The translations under genes and the position numbers were made by a program. Positions 27,215-40,442 of a stretch of 64,000 nucleotides of DNA are shown here, piece by piece. Each line of letters begins with the position of its first letter. The stretch's first letter is position 1. A model generated the notes under the pieces. That model ran no database searches. It worked only from the letters and a program-made list of their open reading frames with translations, and was not told the DNA's origin. The stretch covers positions 227,292,001 through 227,356,000 of the forward strand of contig OZ024740.1 of NCBI GenBank assembly GCA_964016885.1, read 5' to 3'. The DNA comes from Eledone cirrhosa. Lineage: Eukaryota.

Positions 27215-27599
27215 TTGTATTAATAACACATAATTCTAACACATAAATATTTATTTAGATGCTGGTTGATTAAACAGTTGTGTAAATCAGCTGAAGTTTT
27301 CTCAAAACAAACAACAAATATTTACCCATAAATATACATGTTGCATTTCTACTGTATTGTTATATATAAATAGCAAATTACTTAATGAATAATGCGCACA
27401 TACTATATATATATATGGTTGGCGTTAGGAAGGGCATCCAGCCATAGAAAACCAGTCAGAAACGCCCTTATATGAGCGAGACATGGTCATCCGACACAAC
27501 TTGCCTCAAAATAGGACCCGTCTAACCCATGCTAGCGTGGAAGATGGACGTTAAATCGATGATGATGATGATATATATACATATATATGTGTATATATC

Positions 27600-27800
27600 A
27601 CTGTTGACTACAAAAGGTTTCTCCTTACATACAAATGGACGACTGGTGATGCCTGTGTGTGAAGTGCAATGCTGCATGGGCTTAGACTGCAGAGGACATG
27701 TTTAGACTAGAGAGGAATGAAGCAACTATGCTCCATTGGCTGTCAATATAAGTGTGAGAGAATGGCAGAGCTTGAACAAGTTGAAGGAGAAGCTAGGTTT
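27600..27800 (+). mobile_element. Degenerate RTE fragment, inverted relative to the adjacent copy
   Basis: AAAGGTTTCTCC...GATGCCTGTGTG...GCAATGCTGCATGG matches the reverse complement of about 28230-28400. Confidence 0.7.
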
Positions 27801-27893
27801 ATATAGTATATGTTTATATAGTATATGCTTTCATATACACCCCTAATGTATATGAGTATATATATATGAGTATATAATACGAGTATATATATA

Positions 27894-29677
27894 TCATCAT
27901 CATCATCATCATTTTACGTCCGCTCTTCCCTGCTTGCAAGGGTGGGACGGGTCTTATTCAGCACAGCGTCTCTCCACTTGTCACGGTCCTTCGTCATCTC
28001 CACCGTGAGCTTCAACGATCTGAGGTCTGTTCTCACCACCTCCGCCCATGTTTTTCGTGGTCTACCTCTACCACGTCTTCCTTCAAATGGCATTTCCTGG
28101 CACTTTTTCACCCATCGGTCATCCTCCATGTGCATCACATGTCCATACCACCTCAGTCTCCTCTCCCGTACACTACATTCTATCCCGACACAGTTTCTCT
28201 CTCAACATATTCATGCTGGGTCATTCACGCACATTTACACTGCACATCCAATGGAGCATGCTTGCCTCATTTCTCTCCAGCCGTCGCATATCCTCTGCAG
28301 TTGCTGCCCATGTCTCACTACCATGCAGCATCGCACTCCTCACACAGGCATCATACAACCAGGCTTTCGTATGCAGGGAGAAACCTTTCTTCGTCAGCAG
28401 AGGAAGCAGCTCCCTAAACTTCTTCCAACTCATCCTTATTCTAGATACCCTCCTCCCATGCTAATCTAATCTCCTAGGTACCGGAAGCTATCCTCCACTT
28501 CTATAGCACCCTCCTGCATTTGAAAAATGTGTCTATCAATGCGACTTCTACTGTCTAATTTCCCTGTACATCTACTGCATACGTATTTCTCCCTACCTGT
28601 TAGTTTGCCTACTATCTCGCTACATCTTTTGTGTACCCAGGATCTGCATTTTGTGCATTTTATAGAATTTATGCCAGTTCCTTTTCTGTATATCGAACAT
28701 GGCCATTTCCCTGGCGGAATCAGAGTTTTGTCCTCTTTTCTACTCATCAACACTTTTGTCTTAGCTAGGTTCACTCTCAGTCCGCTTGCTTCCAACTGCT
28801 GTTTCCATAGCCAGAATTTATTCTCTAGCTCCTCTACTGATTCTGCTATAAGAACCAGATCGTCAGCATAGAGTAGTTCCCATGGACAGCCAGTCTTAAA
28901 CTTCTTTGTTATGGCTTGGAGGACTATAATGAACAAGAACGGGCTGACTCCTACTTGTATCTGGAATTCCTCACTAAACTCCATTCCTACCCTGACTTTA
29001 CTGACAGTACCTCTGTACAAAGTTTGCACTGTTCTCACAAGCCATTCCTCAACACCTAGTTTCCTTAGGGACCACCAGATGACAGATCGGGGTACCCTAT
29101 CAAAGGCCTTGTCTAGGTCAACAAAGGCTAAGTATAGTGGCTTATTTTTCTCTAAGAACCTCTCTTGCAATTGTCTCACCAAGAAGAGAACATCTGTCGT
29201 ACTCTTCCCAGGCACAAAACCAAATTGCATCTCATCTAGTTTGACCCTTTCTCTAATTAGTTGTGCTAATATCCTTTCTGCCACTTTCATAACCTGATCC
29301 ATCAGTTTTATACCCCATAATTGCTCCTCTCCAGAGCATCCCCTTTACCTTTGTAGCAATTTATGAGAATACTGCTGCACCAGTCTTTGGGTATGACACC
29401 ACCATATATAGCCTGATAGCAACCAGTTTAGTACCTACGTCCCCTGATGCCTTCAGCATCTCAGCAACTATTCCCGATGGTCCAGCAGCCTTACCATTTT
29501 TCATTTCCTTAATCGCCTCTTGGACCCTATATTCATCAATCTCAATAGTTGGTCCCTCTGTCGGATCTACTAAGGGTAATTTCTCTCTCTCCCATTCGTT
29601 CTCCACATTCATCAGTCTCTCATAATGACATTTCCAGCCCTCCTTTTTCTGATCATTCGTGACACTAAGTACACTGG

Positions 29678-29681
<4 letters not shown>
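27894..29681 (-). mobile_element. 5'-truncated RTE LINE (RT and C-terminal region), frameshifted
   Basis: QFGFVPGKST, AFVDLDKAFDRV, LLYADDLVL, FRYLG, AMLHGSETW, RGRGRPRKTW motifs; (GAT)n tail; 5' end abuts (TA)n. Confidence 0.95.
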
Positions 29682-29723
<42 letters not shown>

Positions 29724-29730
<7 letters not shown>

Positions 29731-30022
29731 TTCAAAATATTAACAAAAATAGACATTCGTGTGATCAAGTATATTTTATTATACATATTTCAGAGGTACT
29801 GAGCTATCTCCAACAGTACGTCCTCATCAGATAAAATAAGATGATGCATGACATACCCTGACTAAGTATATGGTTAAAATTCAGTCAGGGTATGTCATGC
29901 ATCATCTTATTTTATCTGATGAGGACGTACTGTTGAAGAGAGCTCAGTACCTCTGAAATATGTATAATAAAATATACTTGATCACATGAATGTCTATTTT
30001 TGTTAATATTTTGAATTAATAT
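29724..30022. mobile_element. Penelope-like inverted repeat (140-bp arms, 19-nt spacer)
   Basis: Arms 29724-29863 and 29883-30022, about 3 mismatches, embedded in (TA)n; each arm holds a hammerhead motif. Confidence 0.75.
29908..29974 (+). ncRNA. Minimal type I hammerhead ribozyme motif (mirror copy 29772-29838 on -)
   Basis: Stem I TATTTTAT/ATAAAATA, core CTGATGA, stem II GGACGTACTG/CAGTACCTCT, GAAA, short stem III ATA-TG-TAT, AUA cleavage triplet after 29966. Confidence 0.7.
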
Positions 30023-30113
30023 TAATAACTCCGGAAAACCATAGCTGTGGAGTGCTTCTAATCTATTGTAAAACTTTATTCTTTGATTTATTCATTGAAC
30101 CTTGTTTAACCTT

Positions 30114-30203
<90 letters not shown>

Positions 30204-30271
30204 TGTGCAGAACCTAGAGTCAATGAAGCTTCTCCAATGCATGGTTACTGCTATTTGATAACTATTCTCAA

Positions 30272-30308
<37 letters not shown>

Positions 30309-30754
30309 TGTGTGTGTGTATGTGTGTGTGTATGTGTATATACACTTGTTTCAGTGTGAGCTCTCTCTCCACCCACACACTCTCTCTCTATCTATCTATC
30401 TATCTATTTACCTATCTATTGCAAATACATCATTTTTTGCATATGATATAAAATATGTTGTGTTCCATTAAAGTGCTGTCATTAAGTGTATCTCATTTAT
30501 TTGTTAAGGTCATTCTAAAATATATAATACTCAATGCACATATATGAACATTTGATTGATGAATAAAGACTGAACAGGGAATAGTATTGCTTCTCATGTC
30601 AAATAGATATAACTCTCTACATGTAACAGGAACAGTATGAAAATCATATAAAAATAATTACAACAATTATGTGAAATGAGATAAAAGCTGATGGAATTTT
30701 TTCCAAATTCTCTGTGAATAAATATTTTTCTATATGAAATAAGACTGAAAAGTA

Positions 30755-30996
30755 TTAACCTTTTAGTTACCAACCCTGCCAAAACTGGCTCTGGTTCTAT
30801 GAAATAAAGCTGCCCATTTTAAAGGTTTCCAATTTAAGTTAAAATCTTCCAACGTAATTTTATATGAGAACCTTACATTAAGTTACTAACTTAGTAATAA
30901 AATAATTAATAATTTTAGCAAATCCCTCAAAATGTTTCATTAATTAATTGAAATACAGAGTGTAGTTCATTAGAAATATGGTCATGAAAGGGTTAA
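30755..30996. mobile_element. TTAA-flanked piggyBac-type MITE
   Basis: TTAACCTTTT...AAAGGGTTAA termini; paralogous to 33257-33504. Confidence 0.75.
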
Positions 30997-33256
30997 AAAT
31001 GAAAATAACAGTGTTCTTCTTGCATTTGAAATATCACCTGAATCTAAAATCTAAACAACAAAATTTCAATTTTAGCTGAATAACAATTCCTAGGGTAGCA
31101 ACAGATTTTGCCATAGTAACTGTTGATGTTCTTGTTCTTTAGCCTCAGGTTATTCTTGATCAAAAAGCCCAAAGCAACAAATTACCAGAGTTGTTAGAGA
31201 TATCACAAAATGCCTTGAAGTATAGGTTTGGGGTCTCTCTTCTCTGAGTTCAAATCTCACTAAGATCAGTTTTGACCTTTATCCTTTTTTTAGGTAAAAT
31301 ATACTGGGTGCTATTTGCCATGACACCAGCTCTATTACTTTGTAGGGTGGATTGGGTGACTTGTCCCCTGTGCTACCCCTTCTGATATGTGAATGCTCAA
31401 TGTGTTCTTGGCCCAGCTAGGGATGAAATGATGCGAGTAAATGTCAAACAACATGCTGCTTGCTAAGGAGTGTCGGAGGCATTCCACAATGGGAGAGTAA
31501 TCAGGTGGTCATGGGGAGTTGAGCTAGAACTTGGTAGACAGAAGCTATAATGAAACCTGTCATTTGTGTATGCATGTATTCTTGTGTGTGTGTATTGTAT
31601 GTATATCTTTTTAGAACACTCTTTCAAGCAGTGAATTGTGTCTATGCATAAAAAGTATGCAGGGCATATGCTTATGCTTTGATGAAGAACTTGGAGCCAT
31701 ATATACCATATTTAAAAAGAAAAGATATTAAGTATGTTTTGGCATAGGGAAGGATATCCAGCTATAGAAAAGGCTACCTCCAAAAATCTTGCCCAGTCAA
31801 TGTCAGCATGGAAAGATGGACATAAAAACGATGGTGATGATGATGGTGATGATAATGATAATAATATATTTGTAAACACATCCAACTCATAAACAATTCT
31901 TATTAAAAAGAACCAGGAAAAATAGAGATCTTCTTTCCAGGGATATTGATAGAAGTTGAAAAAATAATTTCATTATTCACACATTCAACAACTTTATTAT
32001 AGTTATTTTAAGAATTTTCTTTAAATCTGGCCTTATTTGAGTAAATACATATTCATATCTATTGGAAAAAAGTTAATGAAATGGACTGAAAATTTTTCAA
32101 ATAATTGAATCATTCCACAACTAAAAAAAATAAGAATATAAATATTTTTACAACTGAAATAGTTTTTCTCAGATCTCTTAAATTCTTCAGAATTTCTCTA
32201 TTATTTAATGAGACGGAAAATTTTATGTTATTCTAAAGAATAGCAGTTATTGAATCTTTCCCCTTTTTAGATATACTATCTATAACATTGTATTATATCA
32301 GTGGTGATATACAAAAACAGGGAGAAATATTTAGCAGCATAGCAAGAGCCTCAAATTATACCCTATCATCTTTAAAACAGAATACATTGGATAAAGTAAT
32401 GTTGAGTGGCATAGCAAGAGCTCTTAGCACCTAGAAGCAAACAATTCCTGAAGCCCCTCAAATTACACCCTATCATCTTAAAAATAAAATACATTAGATA
32501 AAATAATCCTGTCGAAATCAGATGATCACAGCTGGAATGTCTTTGATTACATATTTGCTCAATCAAGACTGACCTGGGCTTAAAAATCAACTAAGCAACT
32601 GTTATTTATTTTCTCTAGATCAAAGATAAGCAACAGATGAACCCCTGAGATGGTCTTTGTGGGACTTGGACCTTTGTAAATGTTTATATGTAAGATAATA
32701 TACACAGCCATAGATAAAGCTAAAAAAGTCAAAAGTAGATCATCGCTTAAAGAAGTAGCTGATCGCTGCTCTTGATAATAAGGTACTGAGTGCTATTTCT
32801 TTCCTGAAATTCTATCATACTTTTGACCGACTATATTCATTTCAAAGTTTTGTTTTAAAAAACAGTTTTGTCATACAGAATGAAATAGAGAGAAAAGTCA
32901 GCTAGTTATAACATATAATAGTAACTGAAGTGTCACAATTTAAGAAAGCAACAAAAAAAATCTCTTAATTTTTAAAAAGTCGCTTAAAGCTTTCAAATCA
33001 TATAATCAAGAATTTGGAGAGATTTAGTAATAAAACTAATTTTTTCATTATTAAGTTGATGTTTGAAATGTAACAAAAAGAATTATAATTGAAGCTTTTA
33101 GGTAAACCTTTGAAGTAAACAGCTTTGTATAATAAAATCAGAAGCTGCTTGATATCAAACTAATACAACACAAAGCCGAAAATATGTTAAAAATAGCCTT
33201 ATGTAGTATATGGAAACTGTTGAATGGCAAATAAGTAAGTTCCTTATTTTTATGTA

Positions 33257-34104
33257 TTAACCCTTTTGTTGCCAACCTGGCTAAAAGGCCAAAACCAGCT
33301 CTGATTCTATGAAATAAAACCACCTATTTTAAAAGTTTCTAATTCAAATCAAAATCTTCCAATATAATTTTATATAAGAACTTTACATTAAGTTACTATC
33401 TTAATAATGAAATAATTGATAATTTTAGTAAATCCCTCAAAATTCTTTATTAACAAACTGAAATAGAGTGTATTTCATTACAAATATGGGCATGAAAGAG
33501 TTAATTCTCTGATTTCCTTTCATAATTCTCTTTCATGACTTTATTTCTAATGAAATACACTGTGTTTTTATCAATTAATGAAAACTTTGGAGAGAATCAC
33601 TAAAATTATTAATTATTTGACAATTAAAATGGTATTTTAATATAACAGAATGTTCTTATATCATGTGGAAAGACTTTAAAATAGGTGGTTTTCTTTAAAA
33701 AAGAAAATAGGCGATTTCAAGTTGGTTGGTATCAAAAGGGTTAAAATGTCAACTGTAATCTGTAAAACATCACAACTGCTACAAGGAATGAGATAATACC
33801 CTGTTATTTTAACATACTCATTGTTATCTTCACAATAATATAACAAGATACTTAAAACCCTTTTGTTACTATATTTCTAATAAAGACACTACCTAAGATT
33901 TTCAATTCATTTTGATAATAATTATGGTGCTGGGAGGATTTAGTAATATAACTAAATTGTCTATTATTAAACTGAGGTTTGAAACATAATCTGAAGGATT
34001 TTTTAATAAATTCATGATGGAAGATGTTTAGATAAATATAAACATTCTAAAATAAACAGTCTTGTATCATGTGGTTTCATGCAGTTTGGTAGCCAAAAGG
34101 TTAA
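33257..34104. mobile_element. Cluster of three TTAA-type MITEs
   Basis: 33257-33504, about 33527-33744 (inverted) and 33852-34104 (inverted), all ending AAAG(G/A)GTTAA or AAAAGGTTAA. Confidence 0.7.
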
Positions 34105-36229
34105 GAACATTCTAAATTGTTATATAATGTAACACTTTAAATGCACTAACAATGGTGGACAAACATTTAAGTAGATTTGGATGTATATTGTGTTCCTAAT
34201 CAAGGCATTAATAAATGCCCTCACCCACACCTCTTGCAGGAAACTAAGTAGTTATTCCATTTCCTGACTACATCACTGGAACTATGAATAACATCTAAAC
34301 AAAAGGACAAAATATCACTTCTAAAAATATATGCATACAACTAAATATTCCAATTTATGCAACCCATTCTATTATGGTAATGGTAACTTTTAGTTTAGCA
34401 CAAAACCAATTTGTTTCTGATATAAGGCATAATTAATTGAAATGGTCCTTATATGTATGGTACTGGGATATTTTTTGGCAATCCAGAAATTCACTGGTAA
34501 GATGTGGTAAAAATAAAAAAGGGAAAAGAAGAGAAGAAGCAAAAAAATTACCTTTCCATTTGTTTTTCCATTGCTGATACTATCTGTTGGTTGCAACTCC
34601 TGATAGATACATAACTGCCTTTCTAGTGACAGGAGGAGATTTGAGAGATTTGAACTCAGAATCCATAGCAATGTTAAATACTAAACTAGATTAAATATTA
34701 CTTCCAATCCTGTGGGCCCTTATATATCTACCTCCAAAACTCTTAAATTAGCCTTAATACTAAACAAAAATATGATTTATCAAGTTAAAATAAAATATAT
34801 TATGGAAATTCTAAACGAAATACATGGTAAAAAAAAACTATGGCTGAACTGTTATCTCCAAGAAATATGATATCATGTGGTGTTAATATAAAGAGAAAAG
34901 CTATCTTGGAGATATTTTGTTTCTGTTTTGTTTTTTGTTTTTTTTTTGTTTTTTTGTTGTCTTGTTTTGTTTTTCTTTGTGAAACCTGATCATTTCTGAG
35001 ATATTAAACAAGTATCCTCACTGGTATCCTCAGATAGAAATATAGTAAAATTGGATAAATTTTACACGATACCATAATAATGTAATCCTCATAAATATTA
35101 ATGATATTTTCTTTAAAAGGATTATCCTGGTGAAATAGATTTAATAACCAGGGGTTTGTATGCACTTTTCGTACTTTGTTTTTTAATAATGTATTTACAC
35201 CATATCAATACAGGATATTTTAACATGATGATGATGATGATCACCATCAACTTCATGGCTTCTATCAGTATAATTTATCAAGAATGCTGCTTTCTTTTGA
35301 GTAGGCCCAAAAGCCTCCTATAGAATTCTGTCCTGTTTTTCTTTAGAACATATTGAGTAAAATAATTTCATTGAGGAATCTAAACCATAATATCATTTAC
35401 TCATCACATCCAAAGTTTTCCTTTAACCCTTCATCATTTGTTAAACATTAACAAAGAGTGAAAACGTTTTTGTGTAGTTACTTAAACTAGTAGAAATAGC
35501 AGCCAGATCTCTTTCATACCATCATAGAAGAGGAAGACACATTGAAGTATGTAATTCTTGATATACTATAAAGACAAGTAGCATGTCCTATAGAGATAAT
35601 AGATCAGCTTTAATGATGAGTGTTCAGCAGTAATATCAATTGAATATCAGATTCTTAAATTAATATGTAAGTGGCTGAGTATTCCATAGACACATTGTGC
35701 CCTTAATTCAGAAGCCACATCATCATGATTCAATGTATAACTAAGCTGAACCTTGATTACAGTCCAGCTTGATCAGAGCTAATCTGAGGTTTGTATTTGT
35801 CGTTGTTGAATTTGTTTTGTTAATCTTTTTTTATTAATAAACTTATAACTAAAACATTCAATATATTCACATAGTTAGAAATAATGAAGGGGTTGGGGAA
35901 TTGGATTCACAATAGTGAGGTTACAAGTTTGATTTCCCGAACCAGGGAAGATACTTATTTCATGTTACTCTTTCTGCCAGGAGTTGCGATCAGTAGATAG
36001 TATCAGCAATGGAAAGACTAATAGAAACATTGATTCCATGGTCAGATTTGCAAGCTCCAACTCATTCAGGTTGTGAGTAAGGTTTGGGATCTTGTCAATC
36101 ATTCCCATATATATGGCAAGTGTCAAGTGATATTGTCAGGGTGAAGTGTGTCCGTAATGATGGTGGTATACTTGCCATCACTGATATGATAAGAAGGTAG
36201 CTTGGAAGTGTCACTACGAGAGGCTACTA

Positions 36230-37913
36230 AATGAGGAGAATAAGTGGGAAAAAAATAGTCTGCCCCAAATCGATCCAATAGAGGGACGAGCAGTGCAAGT
36301 TGAAGGTAGTATAATAAGTAAGGCAATCAAAGATATGAAGACAGGCAAAGCAGCTGGGCCTTTGGAGATAGTTGCTGAAATGCTGAAAGCATCTGGATCG
36401 GTGGGACACACTATGGTCACCCGGATAGTAAACCAAGTCATACAGAATGGGGTCATACAAAATGACTTGCGTAGCAGCATCATCGTTAACTGCTACAAGG
36501 GTAAAGGAGATGCCCTAGATAGGGGAAGCTATAGAGGCATTAAATTAATTGACCAGGTCATGGAGGTCACAGAAAGAGTTATAGCGCAACTAATCAGAGA
36601 GTGAATTGATCTAGATGAAATGCAGTTTGGGTTTGTGTCAGGTAAAAGTACCACAGACGCTCTTTTCCTTGTATGACAACTACAGGAGAAGTACCCCGAT
36701 ACTTAGCTTTTGTTGACTTGGAGAAAGCCTTTGACAGAGTCCCCCACTCCAATATCTGGTGGGTTCTTAGAAAACTAGGTGTTGATGAATGGCTTGTGAG
36801 AGCTATACAAGCCATGTATAAAGAAACAGTCAGCAAGGTTAGAATTAACAACGAATATAGTGAAGAATTTAGCGTAAAAGTTGGTGTTCATCAGGGCTCT
36901 GTCCTTAGCCCCTTCCTATTTATTATTGCCCTTCAGTCTATAACAGAGGAGTTCAAGACCGGCTGCCCATGGGAACTTCTATATGCAGATGATCTAACGC
37001 TCATACCTGAATCAATGGCTGAACTAGAGAAGAAATTCCAAACATGGAAGCATGGCCTAGAAAAAAAAGGCCTTAAAATTAACTTGTCTACGACTAAAGT
37101 TCTAGTATGTAGGAAGGAAAATAGGGCACTGGTCCCCTCTGGGAAATGGCCATGCTCAGTGTGTAGGAAAGGAGTAGGCAGAAACTCCATTTTATGTCCC
37201 AAAAAGATGTAGTGGGATCACAGGTAAGCTAACTAAGAACATAGATTTTATATGTGGCAGGTGCTCAGGTGCAATAAGTAGCAAGTGCCCACAGGATACT
37301 AGCTCCTTCCATTGCCCAGATTGTTCTATAGAAATAGTCGACACCTTCCGTTACCTGGGTGACAAAATCAGCAGTGGTGGAGGGTGCTCAGAAAGTACAG
37401 TAGCCAGAGTCAGAATGGGATGGAAAAAGTTCAGAGAGCTTATACCACTATTGGCCGTAAAGGGTTTCTCTCTAAAAATGAAAGGCAGACTGTATGATGC
37501 CTGCATACGAACAGCAATGTTATATGGCAGTGAGACATGGGCATTGTGTGCAGAGGATCTGCACAGACTGGAGAGGAACGAAGCTTGCATGCTCCGTTGG
37601 ATATGTCATAGTAATATATATGAATGGCAAAGCATAAATAAACTAAGTGAGAAATTAGGAATAAGAGGGATCAGATGCTGTTTACTCAAGAGAAGACTAC
37701 GTTGGTATGAAAGACAACAGCTGTATAAAAAAAGTGCAGGGCGACCAAAATTGATGGAAGCTACGGAGTAGGCAGATCCAGAAAAACCTGGGATGATTTG
37801 ATAAATTACGACCTTATACACTTACACCTCTCCAAGACAATGTCACTGGACCGAGATCTTTGGCGCTACGCAGTAATACAGAAGACCCACCTTGCCTAAG
37901 TACAAAGCAAAAC
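36230..37913 (+). mobile_element. 5'-truncated, decayed RTE LINE (second subfamily)
   Basis: GKAAGP, SYRGIKL, DLEKAFDRV, GVHQGSVLSP, LLYADD, MLYGSETW motifs, with frameshifts. Confidence 0.95.
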
Positions 37914-38029
37914 CTACAGTCAATAGGCACCTCCTAACCAAAAATACACCCCCATCCCACTACCCTACCCCCAGCCCCATCTACACCACCCTTTTCGATG
38001 TAAAGTTATGTTGGTACCACAACATCCAG

Positions 38030-38300
38030 TCCTAAATAAATGAGGTCGTGTAGGTGTCACGACAAAAAAACACACAATCCACGTCGTAATATGGCGGTGT
38101 AGGTAACACAGTAAAAACCTCCCAGTCCACACTGTAAACGTGGTTGGTTTTAGGAATGGCATCCAGCCATAGAAAACCTGCCAGACAGTCCCATATGAGC
38201 AAGACAACCAATCTTGCCTCAAGTGGGACAATTCCTGTCTAAACCCATGCTAGCATGGAAGATAGACGTTAAACGATGATGATGATGATGATGATGATGA

Positions 38301-38303
<3 letters not shown>
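38030..38303 (+). mobile_element. SINE family B, 3' portion
   Basis: 48-bp internal units, GGCATCCAGCCATAGAAA, AACCCATGCTAGCATGG tail, (GAT)n. Confidence 0.75.
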
Positions 38304-38335
<32 letters not shown>

Positions 38336-38338
<3 letters not shown>

Positions 38339-38526
38339 TGTTTCTACTTTTGGCACAAGGCCAGCAATTATATCAGTATGTTACTGGTACTTTATTTTAT
38401 CGACCCCGTAAGGATGAAAGGCAAAGTTAACCTCGGCGGGATTTGACCTCAGGCCATAAAGGGATTTAACTCTATGCTGCAAAGCATGGCGTCCAATCTT
38501 CTACCAATACTGTCAATCCACCGCCA
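38336..38526 (-). mobile_element. SINE family A
   Basis: Full-length match to other copies. Confidence 0.9.
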
Positions 38527-38549
38527 TGGATTATAATAATAATAATAAT

Positions 38550-40401
38550 AAACAAAAGATATATACTTTAGATCATCTCAATTTATTTTATTATATATAT
38601 TTCGAAGATACAAGGCTACATAAGGTATAACATAATCCAAAACATGTTCTTGTCAGATAAAATGCATAGGAGATGCAGGGTTTCTTTTATATACTGGCGG
38701 TCAAACGATCTGGACAAATCGATGACAACCAAGCATATGATTAGAAAAAAAAATCAACACAGATGATGTTACATGAGAGGGAGAAAAAACAGTTGTACTT
38801 AACGTTTTTGAAATTTAAAAAATATGACATAATTAGATGGGTCAAAAAATAAATAAATATTTACCATTAGACAGTTTATATTAGTTACTTATATTAGCTT
38901 AAAATAGATATTATGCTAAATATATATATATATTTATTTCATACCAAAGAAAAATATTTTAGGATGCAAGAATCATATTGTAACTAAATAACAATGAAGA
39001 AAAATTAGGATTATAAAATTCAAAGGTAAATCATCGATGTTTATGTATAATTTAAATTGGTATTATATGAGTGGAAAAATATTTAACAATTGGTATGGCT
39101 TTTTTTATATAACTGATAGGGTTATAATGCTATAAGATAAATTAATTAGTTCAAAAGAAGAGATGCAATTACCATGGCCTAATTTATCCTTTCAACAATT
39201 TTATCCAAGTAGGTATTATACGCATAAAGGAAAATATTAACTATTTGTGTAACTATTATTATAAGAAAATATGTATGTATTATAGCCTAGATTATTAATT
39301 TATATTGAATTTAATTTATTTATATACTCAATAAAGATAAGGTAGATGAAAAAGTTATCATGGAAAAATATATTAGTTTACTTATTTTGTCTATTCATCT
39401 TTATTTTCTATGTAAACATATTAAAATCGCTTAAAAATTAAATAAAGAAGCTTTACTTTTTTTTTTTTTATTATTATTAAGTTTAACAAAAAACTCTATG
39501 AAACGTTTTCGAAAATCTGTGAAGACAAGGGCTAAATACTTTGGAACGTTTATTAATAATTAAATGTCTATTATAACGGATATGTAGAATTTCTGTGGTA
39601 CAGAAGCATTTTTATAAGGCAAAGCATTAGAAAGTTTCTGCCAAGAAAGGGAATATTCGATATTATTATTTTCAAGGGCGGTGGATTGGCAGTATCGGTA
39701 GAGGGTTGGACGCCATGCTTTGACGCATAGAGTTACGGCCCTTGTCATTCTGAGTTCAAATCCCGCCGAGGTTAACTTTGCCTTTCATCCTTACGGGGTC
39801 GATAAAATAAAGTACCAATAATGCACTAGGTAATTGCTAGCCATGTGCCAATAGTAGAAACAATTATTTTCAAAAAGGGACGTACTAAATTCTTTATCTT
39901 CTCTCTTGAACGAGTGCCGATGGTTATATCATCTTTCTTTAAATTTTGAAGAGGTGGCACCAATATAGTTTTAGGACTTATCTTTAGTTTTAACTATGTA
40001 TTTATAAACTAAATTACGATCAAGACAGTTATTGTTTAAAAGACAAAAATTACTTTCTTTACAATTACAATTACTTGCTGTTCAAAGATGCCCCTCTGTG
40101 TCTATAAGTCATTAGGTTTTCATCGTCTATGTTGCTGGTGTAATCGTTGCTAATTGATATGTTGTTAATTACATTAGTGATTCCAAGATAACCGTTACGT
40201 GTTAACTCACTATGATTAGTTCCGAGATTTCTATTGTTTATATTTTGAGCAATATTTTTAGTAGTCGGGTAAGAAAGTTTAATTGTGTGTCGGTTAAAGA
40301 TTCTACTGTGTGTTTGGGAAAAACATGTTATACATAAGCCTTGCATCTTCGAAATATATATAATAAAATAAATTGAGATGATATAAAGTAACTATCTTTT
40401 G

Positions 40402-40404
<3 letters not shown>
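38550..40404. mobile_element. Candidate non-autonomous DNA transposon with ~68-bp terminal inverted repeats
   Basis: 38550-38617 is the reverse complement of 40337-40404; very AT-rich interior; (TAA)n on the left and (TTA)n on the right. Confidence 0.55.
39676..39867 (+). mobile_element. SINE family A
   Basis: Full-length copy nested inside 38550-40404. Confidence 0.9.

Positions 40405-40440
<36 letters not shown>

Positions 40441-40442
<2 letters not shown>

Noticed and set aside
27942-29297. Plus-strand ORFs of 95-175 aa (also 62341-63455)
   Set aside because: Antisense to RTE coding sequence.
32619-32689. Possible next exon of the Ig gene (good acceptor, GTAAGA donor)
   Set aside because: Stops in all three frames.
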